Below, piece by piece: positions 14,613-25,215 of a stretch of 64,000 nt of DNA. The stretch comes from the human T2T-CHM13v2.0 reference genome, Homo sapiens: the NCBI RefSeq assembly GCF_009914755.1, contig NC_060935.1; one strand, given 5' to 3'. The notes beneath the pieces were generated by a model. The model saw nothing but the letters and a program-made list of their open reading frames with translations, did not search any database and was not told the DNA's origin. The position numbers and the translations under genes were made by a program. How positions within the stretch are numbered: position 1 is the first letter of the stretch; each line of letters begins with the position of its first letter.

Positions 14613-15154
14613 ATAATGCTTCTGATTTGTTGAGAAACACATGAAGTTCTGTGAAAGAAATTTTGAAAGTGCTAAATAATTATAAAATGTTATTAAGATT
14701 ACCATATTACCCAGATCTAAAATGTCTTTGTCATAAGGTGTGAATATAGTTAAGGGTTCTAGAGTTTTTAAAAACATAGATAAAACAACAAGTTGAGTAG
14801 GGAGACAGAGTAAAAGGAAATTGAACCAAACAATGCCAATAAAACAGAAAATACATAAAAAGTCTTCTTGTTAAAAAAAACCACACTCAATGTGTTCTAG
14901 AATGCTGAATATATCACAAATTTCAAATTTCATTGTAGTGACCAAATTGATAGTTTTCAAAATTAAATATATCACATTTAACATCCTGTAGAATGCTATT
15001 CAGGTGTATCTTTCAATTTGGGCCACTTTTCTCCAGACCTTCTGGCCATTTATTCAGCACTTCACCGTGCCTTGCTTCAACTGTTATTGTTAAAGTCACC
15101 TTTTTGATCATTATCAATATTTCTCCCCAAGTTACTATTTTTAAATAAAAATAT

Positions 15155-15172
15155 AAGACTAGCCCTTTTCTT
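15155..15172. repeat. Left target-site duplication of the L1 transduction insertion
   Basis: aagactagcccttttctt, identical to 17766-17783. Confidence 0.9.
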
Positions 15173-15203
15173 TTTTTCTTCTTTTTTCTTAGTAAACCCT
15201 TTC

Positions 15204-15209
15204 TTTATT
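15204..15209 (-). terminator. Polyadenylation signal AATAAA used by the read-through L1 transcript
   Basis: Minus strand reads AATAAA-gaaagggtttact-AAGAAAAAAGAAGAAAAAAA then the TSD. Confidence 0.75.
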
Positions 15210-15485
15210 GATGATATCAAAGCACAATGAACAAAAATTCTGAATCATTAATATTTTTAAGTAACACTGGATGATCATGTATCTAGGTTAGTTTTTATAA
15301 TTAAATGAAGCTTAAGAGTTTTGCTGAAACACTGAAGATGATACCGACCTTTACAAATATTTGGCCCCTTTCTTGAAGTTGGTAGTTAAAAATGATAAGA
15401 AAATGTATAGAAATTATTTATTAGCCATTTTGGAACCATGAAAAAAAGTTAAACTACACTCAAAAAATTATCCTTTGGATTTCAG

Positions 15486-15530
15486 GCCCTCCAGGAAAAC
15501 AAGGTAAGCGAGGCCGAAGAGGAGAATCTG
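15486..15530 (+). pseudogene. COL25A1: Orphan 45-nt collagen exon, a COL25A1-like exon copy (phase 1-1)
   Basis: ttcag|GCCCTCCAGGAAAACAAGGTAAGCGAGGCCGAAGAGGAGAATCTG|gtaact encodes (G)PPGKQGKRGRRGES(G); matches recalled collagen XXV COL1 start GPPGKRGKRGRRGESG with one R>Q change; no other collagen exon seen. Confidence 0.75.
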
Positions 15531-16049
15531 GTAACTCTCTCTTTCAGCTACTCTATGTCACTCGTTCTGGTTAAGTTCTGGTGTCTGTTCTTCCTAGTTA
15601 ATGATAATATTGTCTTGTTGGAGGTTGTGTGTGTGTTTAAATCTTCTCTGCTAGACCTACTTTTTTTTTTAAATCTTCTCCTTATTTCTATCCAGCTGTA
15701 AAAAGGAGAAGTTTGCAAAGTATTGTTAATTGCAGTTTAGTAACAATTGGTACCCATTTTTGGCTTATTTACTGGGTCAAGTTAAGTCTGTCCTTTCTAT
15801 ATACAATGGAGGGTTTCTCAGCTGCACACAGTGTGATAGCATCGCCCTCATTTCCATCTATGTAGGTGGTCAGTAAATGTAGGTCCTTTGCAAAAACACC
15901 TGCCTTGGGACACTAGGGCACGTGTCTTAGCTGTATTATTATTTTATCCAATTGGCACAATTTTGTCATGCTTTTACTCTCATTCTTTTCAAAATTTGGG
16001 AATGTTTTTTCCTTTTTGTACAACCATGGAATTTTAGTGATGACAGGAG

Positions 16050-16190
16050 CACTAGTAATCAATCCACAATTTTCATTTTGTAGGTGAGGAAATTGAGTCC
16101 CACAACAGTCAGGTGATTTGGCCAAGGCAGAACTTGAAACAGAACCAATTGTCCTGATTCCTACTTCAGTACATTTTTGCTTTCAGGCCA
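16050..16190 (-). mobile_element. MIR fragment inside the transduced segment
   Basis: cattttgtaggtgaggaaattgagtccca...gtgatttggccaagg...cagaacttgaaac. Confidence 0.65.
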
Positions 16191-16599
16191 TATCCTTATA
16201 CGTAAAACAAATCACCAGTGTGAAACAGAAAAGTCAAGTAAAATTTCTTTTGAAACTGAGGTGATCTGTATAAACGAGTTCACTTAACTGTTTTACTTTT
16301 TTTGGAAATGACACAATAAGTCTTATCAGACCATTAATTCTTCCGTGCAAGATAAAAGTAATTTGAGGTTTGACTCTAGCATGCTGTAAATTGTTATTTT
16401 TCAGTATCTTCTATAAGTATTTATCAATATTAAAAATAATCAATTACTAAGTGCTGAAACAGTAGAAGCATTAACCTATCAAGAGCTGACGGCAGATTGA
16501 TGTGGGGTTTTTTTCCATCTCATTTCCTCTTCCATTTTAAGAAAGATGTTAATGTAAAAAGGGTTTATGAAAAATTATTAATTTGAGTAGTGTAGTTGC

Positions 16600-17765
16600 T
16601 TTTTTTAATTTTACTTTAAGTTCTGGGAACATGTGCAGAATGTGCAGGTTTGTTTCATAGGTATACACGTGCCAAGGTGGTTTGCTGCACCTATCAACCT
16701 ATCATCTAGGTGTTAAGCCCCGTGTAAATTAGATGTTTGTCCTAATGTTCTCCCTCCCCTTGCTACCCAGCCCCTGACAGGCCCCTGTGTGTGATGATCC
16801 CCTCCCTGTGTCCATGTGTTCTCACTGTTCAACTCAAAAGTGGATTAAAGACTTAAACATAAGACCTAAAACCATAAAAACCCCAGAAGAAAACCTAGGC
16901 AACACCATTCAGGACATAGGCATGGGCAAAGACTTTATGACTAAAACACCAAAAGCAATTGCAACAAAAGCCAAAATTGGCAAATGGGATCTAACTAAAC
17001 TAAAGAGCACAGCAAAAGAAACTATCATCAGAGTGAACAGGCAACCTACAGAATGGGAGAAAATTTTGCAATCTACCCATCTGACAAAGGTCTAATATCC
17101 AGAATCTACAAGGAACTTAAATTTACAAGAAAAAAAAACCCCATCATAAAGTGGGCAAAGGATATGAACAGATATTTCTCAAAAGAAGACGTTTGTGCAG
17201 CCAACAGACATATGAAAAAAGCTCATCATCACTGGTCATTAGAGAAATGCAAATCAAAACCACAATGAGATACCATCTCATGCCAGTTACAATAGCAATC
17301 ATTAAGTCAGGAAACAACAGATGCTGGCAAGGCTGTGGAGAAATAGGAACACTTTTACACTGTTGGTGGGAGTGTAAATTAGTTCAATCATTGTTGAATA
17401 CAGTGTGGCGATTCCTCAAGGATCTAGAACCAGAAATACCATTTGACCCAGTAATCCTATTACTGGGTATATACCCAAAGGATTATAAATCATTCTACTA
17501 TAAAGACACATGCACACGTATGTTTCTTGCAGCACATTTTACGATAGCAAAGACTTGGATCCAACCCACATATCCATCAACGATAGACTGGATAAAGAAA
17601 ATGTGGCACATAAAATACCATGGAATACTATGCAGCCATAAAAAAGGATGAGTTCATGTCCTTTGTAGGGGCATGGATGAAGCTGGATGACATAATTCTC
17701 AGCAAACTAACACAGGAACAGAAAACCAAATACTGCATGTTCTCACTCATAAGCGGGAGTTGAAC
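16600..17765 (-). mobile_element. 5'-truncated, 5'-inverted L1PA7/8-like element (twin priming)
   Basis: Poly(T) plus antisense 3'UTR 16600-16835, then sense ORF2 C-terminus 16831-17767 ([10 protein letters not shown]...HCWWECKL); aactc microhomology at the inversion point. Confidence 0.92.
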
Positions 17766-17783
17766 AAGACTAGCCCTTTTCTT
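17766..17783. repeat. Right target-site duplication
   Basis: aagactagcccttttctt followed by a; TCTT/A resembles the L1 endonuclease site. Confidence 0.9.
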
Positions 17784-17984
17784 ATTTAAAAAGCTCTCTA
17801 CAATTACAAGTTGCCTATGTTTAAAAAATTTTAAAATATTTATAGCACACAAAATCCATGCATAAACTCTCTGTCATCAGTGTCTTCTATGCATCTAAGT
17901 TTCTGCTTAACTTTTACATAGCAACATCAGTGTCATTGTTTTTAATTTGCAACTTTCAGCCATTTTATATGCTATTATGATTAC

Positions 17985-18290
17985 CTAAAATGTCTTCACT
18001 TCTCTTTTTCTCCTGGCAAACTCTTTCTCAGTCTTTAAGACCCAGCTCAAATGGCCCATCCACAGAGAGGCCCCCTCCAACTTCACAACACTTGTTCTGT
18101 TTATGTTATTAAATGTGATAGCACTTCCTCAGTTGTGGTGTATCTTTTTTGAGGGTTTTATTTCTCACATTTTATTTTATTTCTCAAATTGTGAGCCTCT
18201 TTGTTTAGAGGTAGTGCTTGGCTTGTAATTTATGTTTAATATTTAAATCCTTGTTAATGGGTGGACAAATGGATGGATGTGTGGATAGAA
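17985..18290 (+). mobile_element. L2 3' fragment
   Basis: cctggcaaactc...ctttaagacccagctcaaatg...gtgcttggc...tgttaatgggtggacaaatggatggatg. Confidence 0.55.
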
Positions 18291-19568
18291 GAAGAGGAAG
18301 ATGAAAGCTTAGGACCCCAAAATTAGTCTAATTCTCAGTTCAGGTTTCTGATTCCTTCATCTCCTGTATACCTCCTACCAATATATTCTTTGTCCTTCTG
18401 TTCTTCACTGATTAAGGCAACTATCCCTTGTGTAGCTACGATGCAGTAGGGATAGCTCAATTCATTTATTTTCCATTTTCCTTCAGACAGTACCTAAGTC
18501 TAGGAGCTCTTATAGCAAATGTGTGAGAGTAAACCACATCGTGTTAGTCATGGACTATTTAAACAGAGATATTATTAGTTGATATTGGAATTAGCTTTTT
18601 TTCTCATTTATAACTGATTTAAAAAATCAAGTTCTTATTCACAATGTATGTATACTCACTCTCTATTGTCAGCTTAGAAAAAAAATTATCTAGAGTGATT
18701 GAAACTTACCTGAATCATTGCTAAGCTTCCTATATTACAGCATGGGCATGCCTACAAACTATACCCCTTTAATCATACTTGCTACCTACAAATCTCTCCT
18801 AAAAAGCACATAATACTTTTAAATTAATAAGAAATGAATTATATTTGTAAAATTTTTAATGCTCATTCTGGTTTACTTCAGTTCCTGGACTTAGGGTCAA
18901 TTCTTAATTCTGTATATATTTCAGCCTCCTGCAAACAGGACAAATCTAGCAATAGAAAAAAGTTTTCTGCCTGCAAGCCAAACAGTCAAAATGTTAACAA
19001 GGATCCCTGATTCCATAAATAAGAGTTTCCTTACCAGCGGTAAAATTTCTAGAAACTCCTGCTGTGTAAGCTAGAAGGCTTCAAGCTGAGCTCTTTTTTT
19101 AGCAGCAAGTTGCCCTTAGATAAATTACACTGATGACTAAGTAAAACCAAGGTAATGTGAGACCAGAGTATAGCTAACATTCTTCACGTCATGCACCATT
19201 ATCAGACTCAACAAAGCAAACCTTTAGAGATCAAAGAATAAACCTTGTCCTCACTGCTTTTTGCTGTGCTGAAAATTTTAACTGCTGGTTAGTCTATTTT
19301 TAACTTATTTAAATGGAGCCAACTGCTTACTGGCTCAGAGGGTGCTTAGCTAAGAAACTACTGCCTGGCTTATATTGTCCTATCATCTAAGAACTTGATG
19401 CCCTAGATTTCCCAAGGCAGACCCTGTTTTAGGACTTGCAGGTTTAAGATCTGATTTGTACTCCCTGGCTCCAGTGAAAAATAACCTGAAACCAACCTAG
19501 TTGGAGAGATAATTCATATTAGGTGATACTAGATTGAAAGATTTAAATAACAATTGGAATTTAGACCT

Positions 19569-20078
19569 TGTTGGGAACAAGCTCCCCAAAATCTGGCCAT
19601 AAACTGGCCCCAAAACTGGCCATAAAAAAAAATCTCTGCAGCACTGTGACATGTTCATGATGGCCATAATGTCCATGCTGGAAGATTATGGGTTTACAGG
19701 AATGAGGGCAAGGAAGACCTGGCCCACCCAGGGCGGAAAACCGCTTAAAGACATTCTTAAGCCACAAACAATAGCATGAGCAAGCTGTGCCTTAAGGACA
19801 TGCTCCTGCTGCAGTTAACTAGCCCAACCTATTCCTTTAATTCGGCCCATCCCTTCATTTCCCATAAGGGATACTTTTAATTTAATATCTATAGAAACAA
19901 TGCTAATGACTGGCTTGCTGTTAATAAATACGTGGGTAAATCTCTGTTTGGGGCTCTCACCTCTGAAGGCTGTGAGACCCCTGATTTCCTACTACACACT
20001 TCTATATTTCTGTGTGTGTGTCTTTAATTCCTCTAGCGCCACTGGGTTAGGGTCTCCCCGACTGAGCTGGTCTCGGTA
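19569..20078 (+). mobile_element. MER9 solo LTR (HERV-K HML-3)
   Basis: tgttgggaac...aaatctggccataaactggccccaaaactggccataaa start; ends ggtctccccgactgagctggtctcggta; aataaa at 19923; about 510 bp. Confidence 0.88.
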
Positions 20079-20287
20079 AGGACTAATATGATAGACCATA
20101 AACAGCTATAGTAGATTCTTGACTTGAGAGAAACAATAAACAAATTTTTAACAATAGTAAAAAAAAATAGATGATATTGTATATTATCAATTAATTATGG
20201 AGTTATGTTGGAATTAAGATCTTATGTGGCCAAAAGACTGGTTTTCTGCTTTGGCTATTTATGCATCCTTAGAGGGCCTCAACCCTG

Positions 20288-20735
20288 TGTGTTGGGAAAA
20301 CTCTCTGTGCTAACCAAGAACTGCTCTTGATAAGCTCAGGACAAAGAATGAGGCAGACCATTCAAGGTTGGTAAGTAGTCAAATATTTATTCAGAGGGAA
20401 TTTATAAGGCAGTCTTGGGTGTCAGTAAGACAGGGCACATCTCTGTGTGTAATGGATACCTGTCTAGACTTTTTCCCTTTCCTCTTTCTTTTCATGGTAT
20501 AAAAGAGAAAAAAAGTTGCAAATGTGTTAAGCCATCTGTTTGCATTCTTAATCTATGTACTCTCTACTTAAAGATATTATTTGGATTTCCTATAATCTGT
20601 CCAACATTCCTAAGGTGGGGGAATGTTATGGGCAGCAGCAATTGATGCTTGTATGTTTCTTCCAGTCGCTGCATCCTACCTCCACTTCGTGGTCACATAT
20701 GCAGAAAACATCTTCACAACACTCTATTCCTCATG
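20288..20735 (-). mobile_element. Probable 3' LTR of the class III ERV remnant
   Basis: Follows env and a purine-rich tract on the minus strand; tttatt poly(A) signal near 20387; family not determined. Confidence 0.55.
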
Positions 20736-20779
20736 ATCACCCTCCAGTTTTAAATACCTCCTCCCCATGAGAGTCCTTG

Positions 20780-21700
20780 GGTATCACTATGGGTTCTATA
20801 GTGAGGGTGATAGCCTTATTGGCAACTTGATGCCACATTACAGGATGATTTCACAGCAACAATAGAGACACATAAGGAAAAAACGCAAAGCAATGAAGTA
20901 AGCAAATAATGATTAGCAACTGTTTTATCAATTTACTAAGATTTTAAAATCAATATGACAACTATTGATGGGGCGGCATCACTTACAGTATTTATCTATG
21001 ATGCCATGTGTTGCACTAGAGTGGTGACGTTTTATTTGTAACATATAGATAGCATTCTGTTATGATAATGGCACAGATGCTGCCTTGTGCCATAGTCTTT
21101 ACATGAAAGCGGTTTCTGTGTTGAATGCTAGAATGTCCTGTCTGCTGTCCTTTAGAGCTCGTCTAGTGAGATTAGTTGATGTCTTTATACGAGCTATTAT
21201 ATTTCTTATGCTTATTTGAGGACTAAAGAGGGCAGCTATATGACCATACCAGTAGAAGGCAGATCACCCTCCCATCCAGCTCTGAGCTATGGGTGATTGG
21301 CAGCAGCAGTCAGTTTATTCCATAACTGTTCCATTGCCCAGCAGAACCAGAGGGTACAACATCCCATCCATCTGGGGGCAGCCAGGCCTACAGGTTGGAA
21401 CCACACAGCAACCATGTTTCATTAGGGGCCACCCAGTGTTTGTCTGATCATTTTACCCTGTCAGTGGCATACCAATCAGGGTTTAGCAGGGTAACCATGA
21501 TATTATGGGTGGAAGGAGGCACTACTCTGTGTATGGAGTGGTCTTTGGAATTATGTTTTTGCTGTGATTTTCTTTCCGGCAGAGAGGGACAACTTGACTC
21601 AACTTTTCATAGCCTGGGGTTATTTACATACATTTATTTCAGACCTGTGTACATTTTTTGTTAATACTTACTACTGATTTTTGGGCTATTTGAGACTTTA
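20780..21700 (-). pseudogene. env: Decayed retroviral env (TM subunit recognisable)
   Basis: Minus-strand translation AFYWYGHIAALFSPQIS...TNLTRRALKDSRQDILAFNTE then TMAQGSICAIIITECYLYV (degenerate CX6CC), followed by a hydrophobic Cys-rich segment. Confidence 0.7.
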
Positions 21701-22559
21701 AAAAATTTTTATTTTTGTGGCATTACATGAGAGTGGGAAGGGGTGTCCCTTGTTTGATAAAGTATCGTTAATGGGCCATTGGATGGGGTCTTACCTAGTA
21801 ATATCTGCAGTATTTCAAGTACTCACATTTTTTCCCCCAAAACGTATGACTGTAATGCAACCCAGAAAGTTTCTGTAAAGAGTTTAGCCTCCATGTCTGA
21901 ACAGAGATTCCTAACAGCAGCACCTGTCCATAAGCCTAATAAGCTGATGTATTTATCATTTGGGCATAGGACACAGCCCAATATAAGAACACATTTTTTT
22001 AGACTATGTCCTGTAATGTTTACATTTCATATTAGCAACAGGAAGCTAGAGGCAGTGAAACAAAATTCTAATACACATTTGTGAAGGCAGATCATCTCCT
22101 TCAACAAGGATTATACTGGTGGATTGTATTTGAGTGGTCAAAACAGTAGCTGCTGGGGTGGCTTCCCAGGAGAAACATACCATATGTGCTGTCCAGGGAA
22201 AGTAGGCGTGCCTCCCATGAGGATTCTGACTGCAGAGGGGCTTATATGCCAGACCAGGAACCTGATGACTTCTCCCCTCTGCAAAGTGCAAGTGCCTCTC
22301 CACTGGTACATTATTACCTCAAGCCCAGTGTCTAGCAGTACGATGAGAGTCCAAGTCAGTAAGGTGTGGTTCTCAGCCCTGCAGGACGAAGTATCCCACT
22401 GAACCTGGTAGGGGATCCCATGCTAATTTTCACTGCACCAGACCATCTCTTGGTTGGATGTTTCAAGGGGTGTGCATAACCATAATGCACTTAGTAGGGG
22501 CCAGCTGAGGCAAGAACGTATCTCACTGTTTTCCATTCTCTTAAACTTAGTGAGGGCCC

Positions 22560-22990
22560 ATCTAGCTTTCTTTGCCTGGCAAATGGGGTAACAGGGTAGC
22601 TTGTGGCAATACTTTCATCTACCTGGCCAGGTTAGGAGTACCTATAAGTGCTTTTATCTGCTGTTTGAATACCCTGGTTTTTTGTTCCATCAGCCCTGTT
22701 GCATGTGGGTTATAAGGTAGATGGAATCTCTACAGGACTTTATTTTGTCATGCCCATTTTGTATATCATGTCCTTTGAAGTGGTTTTTAATCACTACTTT
22801 ATGGGGCATGTCATTCGTTAACACTTAATTTTTTTTTTTAAGTCTCTAGGGCTTGCTGGTTAGCCCTATGACAGGGGAAAGCCAATGTCAGGCCAGTGGC
22901 TGTGTCCACACACACTAGTGTATACTTAATCCCCTCACTTATGGGTAATGGGTCAGTATACTCTATCTGCTGTTACTTGACAGATGTCAA
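22560..22990 (-). pseudogene. pol: Decayed ERVL/class III-type integrase core
   Basis: Minus strand QQIEYTDPLPISEGIKYTLVCVDTATGLTLAFPC and FHLPYNPHATGLMEQ...KQQIKA. Confidence 0.75.
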
Positions 22991-23046
22991 CCCTCTGTAT
23001 GTCTTTTCATGCTGCAATAACTTGGACCATATTTGTGTGTATGTTT

Positions 23047-23150
23047 ATTTCATTCCTTCAACAAATATTAATAAGCAGATACTTTCCTAGGCACCAGGAC
23101 ACAAGATTGAACAAAACAGATAAAAACTCTGACCTCATGGAACTTATATC
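23047..23150 (-). mobile_element. L2 3' end fragment
   Basis: ttcattccttcaacaaatatt...ctaggcac...gacctcatggaactta. Confidence 0.6.
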
Positions 23151-23413
23151 CTGTTTTATTTGTTTATATTGTTGTATTTTAAAATGTTATTCCTCAAGAT
23201 ACTTAATATGATAGCAACATTAAAATACCTATAATGTAATAGATATGCATTTCATTGTAGTTTCTATAGACAGCAATCTCTTCAAAAGAGTTTGTGTAGA
23301 AAAGGTTAGATTCAGCATTCTGACAGCATTCTAACTGGGATGTGCTCAGGTTTAAAATAGACTCTTAAGGGAATTTAGGGAGCTACTTTTTGAAGGTTAT
23401 TTTTTCCCCTAGA

Positions 23414-23899
23414 TGTTTCAGACTGAAATGGCCTCTCAAAAGTTCACCATTCTCCAGTCATATATGTATATAATCTGAATGTTACTTGGTAAATAGGTTC
23501 TTTGCAGTTGTGATTAAGTTAAAGATTTGGAGATGGGTAGATTGTCCTGTGTTATCCATGTGGGCCCTCAATACTGTCACAAATGTCCTTATAAAAGAGA
23601 GGCAAACTGAGACTTGACTCAGGCCTAAGAGGAGAATGCAGTGTGACCAAGGAGGCAGAGATGGGAGTGATGCAGTCACAAGGCAAAGAATACCAGTGGC
23701 CATGATGAGCTGAAAGAGCTAAGAAACATTGTTCCCTAGAGCACCTGGAGTGAGCATAGCCCTGTTGACTTTGTAGTTTTAGCCTAGTAATAAACATTGC
23801 AAAGTTATGGCCTCCAGAACTGCGAGAAAATAAATGTCTACTGTTTTAAGCCACCTAGGTTGTCGGAATTTCTTACAGCAGTCATAGTAAATGAATACA
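23414..23899 (+). mobile_element. MaLR LTR (MLT1C/D-like)
   Basis: ttctttgcagttgtgattaagttaaagat, ggcctccagaactgcgagaaaataaat, end ttacagcagtcatagtaaatgaataca. Confidence 0.8.
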
Positions 23900-24534
23900 T
23901 TTCTTAATTCTTATTCCTTCTTCCTATTTAAGATATTTGCTGCAACTTCTAATTATATGCCCTTTATAAGGTTAAGAACATAGGGCCTATTCTTAGTATG
24001 CTAAGAGTTTTTTATAATAAATGGGTGATAAATTAAAATTTTCTGCATTAATGATCCTCTATTAATAACACAAATTGTACATACACACATTCACACATGC
24101 ATTCTTCTAAGAATAATTTTTTTCCTAAGATAAACTCAACTAGAACATGATGCATTATCTTTTACTAGATGTGGTTTGCCAATAATTAGTTAGAACATTT
24201 GTATCTATATTTACTAGTGAGATTGACTTACAATATTCCTTTTTTGTACTGTATCTATTTTGGTTTGGGTATACAAGACATGCTAGCTTCAAACAATTAG
24301 TTGAACATTGCTTTCTTGTTTCCTACCCGTTGGAAGTGTTTGTACACCAATGAATGACCACATCCCCGGCAAGGTTTTTTTTTAAATTTATTTTATTTTT
24401 TATTGTTTATTTTATTTTTTATTTTATTTACGTAAGGAAGGTAACCTCAATGCCCAAAACACAATTTTGATAGCACTAAATCTAATTTTGTGTGTGTGTG
24501 TGTTTTGATGATGGTACTAATGGGTAGGTCATAC

Positions 24535-24946
24535 CTTTATTACATTTAACAAAGTAGAGCTAAATGTGAATGTAGCTCCATTACCAAGCTTCAAGGAAAG
24601 TTAGATGATTGTGCCTTATCTCCTTGTAACATGATAACTAGACCTCTGAAAAACAGACTATTAATACTTGCTATGGCATCTGAACATAAAAATTAATGAT
24701 ACTTATTTGAAGTATCATTACATTTAACAAAGTAGAGCTAAATTTATTTACATTTAACAAAGTAGAGCTTTATTACATTTAACAAAGTAGAGCTAAATGT
24801 GAATGTAGCTCCATTACCAAGCTTCAAGGAAAGTTAGATGATTGTGCCTTATCTCCTTGTAACATGATAACTAGACCTCTGAAAAACAGACTATTAATAC
24901 TTGTTATGGCATCTGAACATAAAAATTAATGATACTTGTTTGAAGT
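24535..24946. repeat. 179-bp direct duplication with two partial copies at the junction
   Basis: 24535-24713 vs 24768-24946, 2 mismatches; spacer repeats ttacatttaacaaagtagagc twice. Confidence 0.95.
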
Positions 24947-24984
24947 GTTGTTTTTATAAACTACTATAGTCAACCACAGTTGTG

Positions 24985-25215
24985 TCTTGCGTAACTTAAG
25001 AGTACCGACTTCAAAGTCTGCCTTCCTGGGTTCAGATCTTAGATCTTGATATTTCCGTGTGATGTCGGGCAAATTACTTAGCCTCTCTATGACTTAGTTG
25101 CCCCCATCTGGGAAAAGACAGATAATACCTCATATGTTTGTTATGGGGCTTAAGTGAGTGAGCATTTGTTGACGCACACAGAATATTTTTTTGTATCTAG
25201 GAAGGGTTTTATATG
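24985..25215 (+). mobile_element. MIR
   Basis: cctgggttcagatc...tgtgatgtcgggcaaattacttagcctctct. Confidence 0.7.

Larger units (their letters stand above)
15173..16599 (-). other. L1 3'-transduced genomic segment with second poly(A) tail
   Basis: T-rich tract 15171-15190 (minus-strand poly(A)); tttatt at 15204-15209 is AATAAA 13 nt before the tail; lies between the L1's own tail (16600-16606) and the left TSD. Confidence 0.85.

Noticed and set aside
16585-16606. TSD directly flanking the L1 tail
   Set aside because: gtagttgctttt does not match the right junction; the exact 18-bp match is 1.4 kb further left.
18915-18940. ttcag-cctcct as the next collagen microexon (Pro-Pro)
   Set aside because: No GT donor or Gly codon follows, and it lies outside the TSD; likely chance.
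24717-24790. Short repeated 21-27-mers resembling a CRISPR array
   Set aside because: Eukaryotic context, no unique spacers, no cas genes; explained by the duplication junction.
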